From contig OZ245046.1 in the NCBI GenBank assembly GCA_965224245.1, forward strand, positions 1,088,001-1,152,000: DNA of 64,000 nucleotides. The letters are read 5' to 3'. The notes beneath the pieces were generated by a model. It worked only from the letters and a program-made list of their open reading frames with translations, was not told the origin of the DNA and searched no databases. Below are positions 1 to 7,988 of this stretch, one piece after another (position 1 is the stretch's first letter; each line of letters opens with the position of its first letter). This stretch comes from Candidatus Eiseniibacteriota bacterium (lineage in GTDB: Bacteria; Eisenbacteria; RBG-16-71-46; CAZAMP01). Made by a program: the position numbers and the translations under genes.

Positions 1-1
1 C

Positions 2-2905
2 GACACCGCGAGCGGCCTCATGGTGTTCGACACCACGGATCCCACGAGCCCCGTGCTGCTCGGATCGGTCGCGATGCCGGAGGTTCCGATCGACGTCACG
101 ATCGAAGACGGACACGCGTTCGTGGCCGACTACTCCGGAGGCATCCAGGTGGTAGACGTCCGCGATCCCACCACCCCGACCGTGATCGGCGGTGTGGCCA
201 CCACGAACGCCCGGGGAGTCGCGATCGCGGGTGAACACGCCTTCGTGGCCGATGGGGCGAGCGGCCTGCGAGTCCTCGACATCAGCGACCCTGCGACTCC
301 CGCGATCGTCGCGACGCTGACTCCGGGGGGCTCGGTGAGCGGACAGGGGGTCGCGGTCGCTGGAGATCACGTCTTCCTGGCCTCGTTGACGGCGGGGCTC
401 CTGGTGATCGACGTGAGCGATCCCACCACGCCGAGCGTGGTGGGCAATCTCGACACGCCGGGCGCCTCGACGGAGGTCGAGATCTGGGGAGACCTCGCCC
501 TGGTCTCGGACTGGAGTAGCTTCCAGATGATCGACATCAGCGATCCCACCGCCCCGACCCTCGTCGACGACGTGGTCACCGACGCGGCCTGCCAGTCGGT
601 GGCGGTCGCCGGAAGTCGCGCGTTCGTGGTCAACGGGTACACGGGTCTGCAGGTGATCGAGTTCGCGAACCCGTGGCCCCATCCACCGGGTCCCGTGGGC
701 ACCGTCTCGCTGTCCGGGAGCGGTCCCATCGGAGTCGCCGTCGAAGGCGATCATGCGTATCTCGTCGACAGCGCCAATGGCGGCCTGCTCGTCGTCGACA
801 TCAGCGACCCGACCCTGCCGGCGCTGGTCGGTACCGTCGCGAGCGGCACCGGCAACCCTTCGTACGACGTGGCCGTTGCCGGGGATCTCGCGATACTGGC
901 CGACGTGAACGACGGCCTCGTCGTGATCGACGTCGGCGATCCGACGGCGCCGGCGGTGGTGGCCACCCTCGCCACACCCGGATGGCACGAGGGCGTCGCG
1001 GTGTCGGGGGACCATGCGTACCTGACCGCATCCGCCATCGGGCTCCAGGTGATCGACATCAGCGATCCCACGAGCCCGGTGATGGTCGGGAGCGTCTCAC
1101 CTCCCGACGACGCGATCGACGTGGCCGTCGACGGGGAGCACGCGTTCCTGGCAAGCGGCTTCAACGGCCTTCAAGTGGTCGACGTCAGCGATCCCTCGAA
1201 CCCGATCCTCGTCGGAGGCGTCGACACGCCCGGCACTGCGCTCGGAGTCGCCGTGTCCGGCAACCACGCGTACGTGGCGGACCGCGACGCCGGGGTACAT
1301 GTGATCGACGTCGAGGATCCCGCAAATCCCGTACTGGTCAGGACCGTCCCGACCCTCGACCACGCACAGAAGGTCGAGGTCTCGGGCGACGAGCTGTTCG
1401 TGGCCGACTTCCTCGGCGGTCTCCAGACGATCGACATCTCCGATCCCTCGAACGCCACACGACTCGGCGGCTACGTCTTCTACACGGGGTACGACCTCGC
1501 GCTGGCCGGGGAGCACGCCTTCGTGGCCAGCGGGAGCGGCCTGACCGTGATCCCGGTCTACCAGGAGGCGTTCGACACCCGCCGTGACCGCGGACAGTCG
1601 CTGCCGGTCGACGGCACGGATGCAACGATCGTGCGCGCGCGTCTCACGACGAGCCAGACCACCGTCGTCGACTGGGAGCTGAGCGCGGACGGCGGCACGA
1701 GCTTCCAGTCCGTGTCCCCAGGATCGGGCTGGCAGGCGATCGATGCGCCGGGACCCGACCTCCTGTGGCGCTCGACCCACGGCCTCTCGCAGCTCGGCAC
1801 GAATCCGACCGCTTACTCCCTGACGCTCGACTGGCTGTGCGAGGCCGGGCCGATCACGTCGATCTCCGACGTCCCGGGCGACCAGGGAGGCTGGGTGGCT
1901 GTGGACTTCACCCGATCGGGCTACGACTTCACCGATGAGGTCACCTCACCGGTGACCGGATACCAGATCTACCGGCGCGTGGATGACGCGACACGCGTCC
2001 GGGACGTACGGGAGGTCGGTCGAGCACCCGCACCGTCGGAGCTCGCGAAGACCGCGAGCGCGTCGTTCGGCGTCGACCGGGTGCGGATCCTCGACGACGA
2101 GTGGTTCGTGCTCGGCGGCGGCGGTGCGAGCACGCGTCAGGTGGGAGAGCTGCCGCCCGGCACCTGGCAGGTGCTGACCTGGGTCGCCGCGCGCCAGGCG
2201 GATGCCTACGGCGTTGCGATTCCGACGCACGGTGACTCGACCGGCGCCGGCGCCGCGTGGTCGGTCAATCTCGTGACGACACACACCACGATCCCATCGC
2301 TGTGGTTCGCGAGCGCCCCGGACAGCGGCTACTCGGTGGACGACCTGCCGCCCGGCGTGCCGTCCGGACTCGTGCGAACGGGCACGGAGCTCTCGTGGGA
2401 TGCCGCCACCGAGGAGGACTTCCAGCATCACACCGTCTACGGCTCGAGCACGGCGGAGCTGGATGGGACCGCCACACTCATCGATTACACCATCGACACG
2501 ACCTTCGACGTGAGCAGCACGTCCTTCGGCTACTATCACGTGACCACGTCGGACCACGCGGGGAACGAGAGCGAAGCTGCCAGCGTCGACGGCGGGCTCC
2601 TCTCGGCGCCCGACACGGCCCTGCCCACGGCCTTCCCGCTTTCAATACCGGGACCGAACCCATCCCAGCGCGGCACCTCGCTGGCGTTCGCCCTGCCCGT
2701 GTCGTCCGGGGTGCGCCTCGGGATCTACGACGCCGGCGGTCGCCGCGTGCTCACGCTGGTCGATGGAGCCCGGCCCGCCGGCGTTCACCGGGTGGTCTGG
2801 GGCGGCCGTGACCAGGGTGGCCGGCGCGTGGCCCCGGGAATCTACTTCGTTCGAATCGAGGCTGGTGAGCATCGCGCGTCGCGGCGGCTCACCGTCGTGC
2901 GATGA
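2..2905 (+). CDS. LVIVD-repeat (beta-propeller) secreted protein with C-terminal FlgD-Ig/T9SS-like domain; 5'-truncated by window edge
   Basis: About 12 repeats of 'hAFVAxxxxGLxVIDVSDPxxP'; DVPGDQGG motif, FN3-like stretch, C-terminal 'PNP...IYDAGGRRV...VWGGRD..G...PGIYFVR'. Frame is open from base 2. Confidence 0.85.
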   Translation, partial: DTASGLMVFDTTDPTSPVLLGSVAMPEVPIDVTIEDGHAFVADYSGGIQVVDVRDPTTPTVIGGVATTNARGVAIAGEHAFVADGASGLRVLDISDPATPAIVATLTPGGSVSGQGVAVAGDHVFLASLTAGLLVIDVSDPTTPSVVGNLDTPGASTEVEIWGDLALVSDWSSFQMIDISDPTAPTLVDDVVTDAACQSVAVAGSRAFVVNGYTGLQVIEFANPWPHPPGPVGTVSLSGSGPIGVAVEGDHAYLVDSANGGLLVVDISDPTLPALVGTVASGTGNPSYDVAVAGDLAILADVNDGLVVIDVGDPTAPAVVATLATPGWHEGVAVSGDHAYLTASAIGLQVIDISDPTSPVMVGSVSPPDDAIDVAVDGEHAFLASGFNGLQVVDVSDPSNPILVGGVDTPGTALGVAVSGNHAYVADRDAGVHVIDVEDPANPVLVRTVPTLDHAQKVEVSGDELFVADFLGGLQTIDISDPSNATRLGGYVFYTGYDLALAGEHAFVASGSGLTVIPVYQEAFDTRRDRGQSLPVDGTDATIVRARLTTSQTTVVDWELSADGGTSFQSVSPGSGWQAIDAPGPDLLWRSTHGLSQLGTNPTAYSLTLDWLCEAGPITSISDVPGDQGGWVAVDFTRSGYDFTDEVTSPVTGYQIYRRVDDATRVRDVREVGRAPAPSELAKTASASFGVDRVRILDDEWFVLGGGGASTRQVGELPPGTWQVLTWVAARQADAYGVAIPTHGDSTGAGAAWSVNLVTTHTTIPSLWFASAPDSGYSVDDLPPGVPSGLVRTGTELSWDAATEEDFQHHTVYGSSTAELDGTATLIDYTIDTTFDVSSTSFGYYHVTTSDHAGNESEAASVDGGLLSAPDTALPTAFPLSIPGPNPSQRGTSLAFALPVSSGVRLGIYDAGGRRVLTLVDGARPAGVHRVVWGGRDQGGRRVAPGIYFVRIEAGEHRASRRLTVVR

Positions 2906-3055
2906 ACTCGTGGCGGAGTCGGGGCGCACTGGACGGACGCCGGTGCGCCCCGGTACAGTCGACCTCCCGACCGTGGGCACGATGCCCGAGCCGGACGGCA
3001 GTGACGGACGGTGATGGGCGTGCCGGGTACCTCGAGGGGGGAATCTCTGGGCACG

Positions 3056-4057
3056 ATGAAGCACCTGATCGCGACGGCGATCGTGATCGTCTCGTGTGGC
3101 ATCCCCGCCCTGGCCGAGGGTCCCCACCACTACGTGTTCTTCGAGTTCGATCGCCACCGCATCCGGGAACCGAGCTTCCTCGATCATCCCGTCATCGAGG
3201 GCGCACAGCTCAAGTACTCCTGGCGGACGCTCGAGCCGGCTCGCGACGCGTACGACTTCTCCAGCATCGACGCCGACCTCGAGTTCCTCGAGTCACACGG
3301 GAAGCGATTGTTCATCCAGCTGCAGGAGGTGTCGTTCGTCCCGACGATCGTGAACGTGCCGCAGTATCTGCGCGACGACCCGGTGTACGGTGGAGGGGTG
3401 GCGATGATGTACGGGGACACCGGCGACGGCGCCGGGCCGGTGCCCGAGGGCTGGGTGGCGCGGCGGTGGGACCCGGCGGTCCGCGAGCGCTTCGGACGTC
3501 TGCTCGAGGCGATGGGGCGCGCCTTCGACGGCCGGATCGAGGGGATCAACCTGCCGGAGTCCTCCATCGGTTTCGGAGCACCCGAGCATTATCCCGACGA
3601 CTTCACGGCATCGGGCTACCGGGACGCGATCGTTGCGATCATGAGCATGCTGCGCTCCGCGTTCGCGAGGTCGGTGGTCATTCAGTACGCCAACTTCATG
3701 CCCGGTGAGTCTCTGCCAGAGCGGGACGAGGGGTACCTCAGCAGCGTGTATGCCCATGCCGACTCGGCCGGGGTCGGAGTCGGGGGACCGGACCTGCTTC
3801 CGTACAGGTGGTATCAGCAGCAGCACAGCCACCCGCTGATCCGCGAACGCGCGCCGGGCACCATCGCCGGTGTCGCCGTGCAGTTCGGGAACTACGGCGA
3901 CGTGCACCGTCGGACGGGTCGGGTCATCACGGTGCCCGAGCTTCATGCGTATGCGCGAGACGACCTGCATCTCGACTACCTGTTCTGGTCCACCGAGGAG
4001 CCTTACTACTCACGGGACGTGCTTCCGTACCTGCGCGAGCGTGGGGGGGCTCCGTAG
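3056..4057 (+). CDS. Secreted putative glycoside hydrolase-like (TIM-barrel) protein
   Basis: Signal peptide MKHLIATAIVIVSCGIPALA; 'YSWRTLEPARDAYDFS' and 'GINLPES' resemble clan GH-A motifs; GAGGGG upstream of ATG 3056. Confidence 0.55.
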   Translation: MKHLIATAIVIVSCGIPALAEGPHHYVFFEFDRHRIREPSFLDHPVIEGAQLKYSWRTLEPARDAYDFSSIDADLEFLESHGKRLFIQLQEVSFVPTIVNVPQYLRDDPVYGGGVAMMYGDTGDGAGPVPEGWVARRWDPAVRERFGRLLEAMGRAFDGRIEGINLPESSIGFGAPEHYPDDFTASGYRDAIVAIMSMLRSAFARSVVIQYANFMPGESLPERDEGYLSSVYAHADSAGVGVGGPDLLPYRWYQQQHSHPLIRERAPGTIAGVAVQFGNYGDVHRRTGRVITVPELHAYARDDLHLDYLFWSTEEPYYSRDVLPYLRERGGAP

Positions 4058-4255
4058 GTCCCGTGGCCGGCACGACGGCACCTCGTCGCCCCGACGTGGG
4101 CCGGCTCGGTGCGGCTTCTCGAGACGTGTAGGCCTCGGACGCATGGGGCTCATCCGCAGGATCGTCCTGGATCATCGCGCTGACGAATCTGCTACTCTGG
4201 TACGACCGCCGATCGAGCCATGCGCCGAGTTTTCCCACGCCGGGTCGAGGAACCG

Positions 4256-4831
4256 ATGGACGAGGCACAACGCGCGGAGATCACCGCGGCCCTGCTCGAG
4301 ATCGAGGCGCCTTCCCGGCGCGCACCGGACACCGACCGCCTGGTCGGACTCCTCTACGAAGATCTGCGTCGGATTGCCGGCGGGTACTTCCGCCACGAGC
4401 GAGGCGATCACACCCTTCAGCCGACGGCGCTCGTACACGAGGCGTACCTTCGTCTGGTGGATCAGTCCCGGGTCCAGTGGCGGAATCGTGCGCACTTCCT
4501 GGGGGTCGCGGCCCGCGTGATGCGACAGGTGCTCGTCGACCACGCGCGGCGGCGCGGAGCCCAGAAGCGTGGGGGCGGATGGGAGCGCATGACGCTCGAC
4601 GTGTCGATGCTCGATCCGAAGGCCTCGTCGCCGGTGGAGATTCTGGTCGTGGACGACGCGATCGACAAGCTCTCGGGCCAGGACGAGCGAGCGGCGCGTG
4701 TCGCCGAGCTCCGGCTCTTCGGCGGGATGACGAGCAAGGAGATCGGTGAGGCGCTGGGCGTCTCGGAGCGGGTCATCGCGGACGACTGGGTCGTGGCCCG
4801 CATGTGGCTCGGTCGCGCGCTCGCGTCCTGA
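4256..4831 (+). CDS. ECF sigma-70 factor, TIGR02999-like (kinase-associated type)
   Basis: Signature 'LYEDLRRIA...HTLQPTALVHEAYLRL...WRNRAHF..VAARVMRQVLVDHAR...AQKRGG' and region-4 'LRLFGGMT..EI...W..AR.WL'. Confidence 0.92.
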   Translation: MDEAQRAEITAALLEIEAPSRRAPDTDRLVGLLYEDLRRIAGGYFRHERGDHTLQPTALVHEAYLRLVDQSRVQWRNRAHFLGVAARVMRQVLVDHARRRGAQKRGGGWERMTLDVSMLDPKASSPVEILVVDDAIDKLSGQDERAARVAELRLFGGMTSKEIGEALGVSERVIADDWVVARMWLGRALAS

Positions 4832-4842
4832 CAGAGGTCGAT

Positions 4843-7767
4843 TCAGCCCGACATCGCGGCCAGCGCCGCCCGGTAGGGGCTCGCGTCATCCGGACGGCCC
4901 CACGCCTCGAAGAGCCGAGCAGCGCCCTCGAGTCCCATTCGTTTCCAGTGGGGCACCCAGAGACAGCCGTCACAGAACACCTCGCGCGCTTCGAGCATGA
5001 GCGCCGCGGATTCCGTCACGCGGGCGGCATCTCGCCCCACGCAGATGCCGAGATAGGTGCGGGCCATCGCGGTCTTCCAGTTGTCCTCGTCGAGTCCGGC
5101 GGTGTACGTGTCCAGTGCACGCCGAAAGAACGCCTCGGCAGCCGCGTCACGCCCCAGGGCCAGCTGTGTCGTGGCGAGCGTGAAGACGCAGTCGCCCACC
5201 TCGTGGTGATCCTCGCCGAGCTGTTCCTCGCGCAGTGCCACGGCCTCACGCAGGTGGGTCTCCGCCTCCTCGTCGCGACCCTCGTGGTGCAGGAGCCCAC
5301 CGAGGTTCAGAAGCAAGAGGCCGACGAACGGATGGTCCTCCTGGACCCCCCGGGTGACCGCGAGCCCTTCCCGGTAGTAGGGCTCCGCCTCGGCCAGTCG
5401 ACCCTGTCCGTGCAAGGCGACGGCAACGTTGTTGAGTCCGATGCCGACGTAGACGTGTTCGGATCCGAAGTCGCGACGGAACCCATCGAGCGCCTTGCGG
5501 GCGGCCGGCTCACCGTCCACGTAATCCTGCTGAGACAGGAGGTTCACCGCGCAGTTGTTGTAGGCGATGGTGACGTCGGGGTGCTCCTCGCCCAGGAGCT
5601 TGTGCTTCAGCTCGAGCGCTTCGCGGTGAAACGGCTCGGCCGCCGCGTGATTCCCGTCGGCGGCGATCACGTATGCCAGGTTTCCCAGGCTCGTGGCCAC
5701 GGTCGGGTGCTCGTTGCCCACGAGCCGGCGCCACTGCTCGAGGGCTTCCCGGCCGATCTCCCGCGCCTCGGCGTGTTTGCCCCGGGCGCTGAGGATCAGA
5801 GAGAGGTCGCTGAGGCTCGTCGCGACCTGTGGATGATCCCCGTCGTAGAGTTCTCGCCGGATCGTGAGGGCCTCGCGGGAGTAGCGCTCCGCCGGCTCGA
5901 GCCGACCGCGGTCCTTCTCCACGCTGGACAGTGCATTCAGACAGCGCGCGAGCTCCACGTCGGCACCGGGTCCGACGCGCCGACACACGGCCATCGCCTC
6001 CACGAGCAGCGACTCGGCCTCGGCGAGTCGAGATCGAAGATGCACGACGCCGGCGAGATCGTGGAGCGTCGCCGCCACCGCCCGCGCATCGGCGCCGAGC
6101 GTGCGGCGACGAACGGCGAGTGCGCCGGTGAGGAGCGACTCCGCCTCCGCGTAGCGGCCGCGCGATCGCAGCACGTTGCCGAGCACGACCTCGCTCCGGA
6201 TCCGATGCTCGTCGTCGAGGGAGGTTCGCTCCTTCCAGATGTCCAGCGCCGCGCGAATCTGCTCCTCGGACGCCTCGAACTCGCCGAGCGCGAGATAGGC
6301 CTCGCCGATCGTGTGGTGGATCGTGGCCCGAACGTCCGGCTCGTCGTCCAGTCCGCGGGATACGTCGCGGGCCGTGAGGTCCAGCACCTCGCGCACCGTC
6401 GCGTCGCGACCGGCGGCCGCGGGATCGGCCGAGGCGAGCATCTCCTGGAGAAACGCGCTGATGCGTTCGGCACGCTGCGCCTCCCGACGCTGGAGCCGAA
6501 GCTGGACCGACATCGCCACACCGAACGCGACCAGCAGCACGAACAGCGTCGCGAGGAACGCGAACGGCATCTTGTGTCGGGCGACGAGCTTCCGGAGCTG
6601 GTAGGTCGCGCTCGGGGGCCGGGCCACGATCGGCTGGTCGCCCAGGTAGCGCTCGATGTCGTCGGCCAGAGTCCGGACGCTCTGATAACGTCGCTCGGGA
6701 TCCTTCGCGAGGGCCTTCTGCAGGATCGTCTGGATGTCGCCGCGAAGCCCGCGCACGACCGAGTCCGCCCGCACCGGTGGGCTGTCGGAGACGATTCGCA
6801 AGACCTCGTGCAAGGGCTTTCCCTCGAGGTCGTACGGGCGCCGACCGGTCAGCATCTCGTACAGGATCACACCGAGTGAGTACACGTCGGTCCGGATGTC
6901 GATCGCGTCCGGATCTCCGCGAACCTGCTCGGGACTCATGTACGCGGGAGTCCCCTGGATCCGGCCCACCTCGCTCAGGGGACTGGTCATCGAGACGTCG
7001 GGGTCTGTGAGCCGTGCGAGTCCGAAATCGAGCACCTTGATCGGGGGGACCGGGGCCGGTGCGCTGCCGTCCGGTCCGGGCCGCGTCGGGTCGGATACCA
7101 GGATGTTGGCGGGCTTGATGTCGCGGTGGATGACGCCGCGAAGGTGTGCATACGCGATGGCGTCGGTGATCTCGAGAAAGAGCGCGAGGCGCTGGCGGAT
7201 CACCGACCTCGATCCCGGGTCGTCCGGGGCGGTCCGCCGGAGATAGTCGTCGAGGGGCTCGCCGTCCACGAGCTCCATGACCAGGTAGTGCTCGCCGTCG
7301 TCGGTTTGACCGGCCTCGTGCACGGCCGCGATCCCCGGGTGCTTGAGCAGTCCGAGCGCGCGAACCTCGCGCAGGAACAGCTTCACGTGATGATCATCGA
7401 GGCGGGCGCCGTATCTGACGACCTTCACCGCTACCCGTCGTCGTGTCGTGGCCTGCTCCGCCTCGTACACCCGGCCCATGCCGCCCTCGCCCAGCACGCC
7501 GAGGATGCGATAGGAACCGATTCGGTCGGGGAGAGGCCGTGCGGAAGCCGGCTCCGCCGGACGTTCGGGAGCGTCGAGGTCGACCGCGAAGCGCCCGGTG
7601 CGGAGCACGCTCTCGGGGTCGTCGTGGGCCAGGAGCTTCAGGACCTCGGAGCGAAGATCCGCATCCCCCTCGCAGGCGCGTTCCACGAACTCGCGTCGCG
7701 AGGGTTCGTCGTGCGCCCGAGCCTCGAGAACGATCTCGCGAATCCGCTGAAATCGAGGGGACGTCAT
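4843..7767 (-). CDS. Hanks-type Ser/Thr protein kinase with transmembrane segment and TPR repeats
   Basis: GEGGMG, VAVK, HRDIKPAN, DFGLA, GTPAYMSPEQ, DVYSLG motifs; TM 'FAFLATLFVLLVAFGVAM'; C-terminal TPR array ('HPxVATSL'). Confidence 0.95.
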   Translation of the reverse strand: MTSPRFQRIREIVLEARAHDEPSRREFVERACEGDADLRSEVLKLLAHDDPESVLRTGRFAVDLDAPERPAEPASARPLPDRIGSYRILGVLGEGGMGRVYEAEQATTRRRVAVKVVRYGARLDDHHVKLFLREVRALGLLKHPGIAAVHEAGQTDDGEHYLVMELVDGEPLDDYLRRTAPDDPGSRSVIRQRLALFLEITDAIAYAHLRGVIHRDIKPANILVSDPTRPGPDGSAPAPVPPIKVLDFGLARLTDPDVSMTSPLSEVGRIQGTPAYMSPEQVRGDPDAIDIRTDVYSLGVILYEMLTGRRPYDLEGKPLHEVLRIVSDSPPVRADSVVRGLRGDIQTILQKALAKDPERRYQSVRTLADDIERYLGDQPIVARPPSATYQLRKLVARHKMPFAFLATLFVLLVAFGVAMSVQLRLQRREAQRAERISAFLQEMLASADPAAAGRDATVREVLDLTARDVSRGLDDEPDVRATIHHTIGEAYLALGEFEASEEQIRAALDIWKERTSLDDEHRIRSEVVLGNVLRSRGRYAEAESLLTGALAVRRRTLGADARAVAATLHDLAGVVHLRSRLAEAESLLVEAMAVCRRVGPGADVELARCLNALSSVEKDRGRLEPAERYSREALTIRRELYDGDHPQVATSLSDLSLILSARGKHAEAREIGREALEQWRRLVGNEHPTVATSLGNLAYVIAADGNHAAAEPFHREALELKHKLLGEEHPDVTIAYNNCAVNLLSQQDYVDGEPAARKALDGFRRDFGSEHVYVGIGLNNVAVALHGQGRLAEAEPYYREGLAVTRGVQEDHPFVGLLLLNLGGLLHHEGRDEEAETHLREAVALREEQLGEDHHEVGDCVFTLATTQLALGRDAAAEAFFRRALDTYTAGLDEDNWKTAMARTYLGICVGRDAARVTESAALMLEAREVFCDGCLWVPHWKRMGLEGAARLFEAWGRPDDASPYRAALAAMSG

Positions 7768-7859
7768 CTCCGGCGGCGGCCTCCCGACCCGGGTCCGGAT
7801 CGTGCCTCGCGAGGTGTCCTGAACCGTTCAGTGTGATGGTGTACCTAAAGTTTGATTGG

Positions 7860-7888
7860 ATCGTAGCAGTGAGCTTCTGGTGGTGCAA
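7860..7888 (-). promoter_or_regulatory. Sigma70-type promoter for the kinase gene
   Basis: Minus strand reads TTGCAC-N17-TACGAT with an extended -10 TG, in an AT-rich patch about 90 bp upstream of ATG 7767. Confidence 0.6.
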
Positions 7889-7988
7889 GACGTCGTGCGC
7901 CGAGACCGGAGCGCGAACGAGGAGCTGGAAGACGAGGATGTCCCCTGGCGAGGGCGGGGCACGCACGCGGCATGCCCCGCCCTCGGCC

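Noticed and set aside
2-1560. Periodic DNA repeats such as 'atcgacatcagcgatccc' considered as a CRISPR array
   Set aside because: Degenerate in-frame LVIVD coding repeats; no identical direct repeats with unique spacers and no cas genes.
4804-6879. Long antisense and alternate-frame ORFs (e.g. 4804-6879 +, 34652-38248 -, 40153-43164 -, 57231-60821 +)
   Set aside because: Shadow ORFs expected at this GC content; Arg/Gly/Pro-rich with no motifs, and they overlap well-supported genes.
7800-7890. AT-rich patch considered as an IS end or small RNA
   Set aside because: Explained by a sigma70 promoter and leader for the kinase; no transposase or partner inverted repeat.
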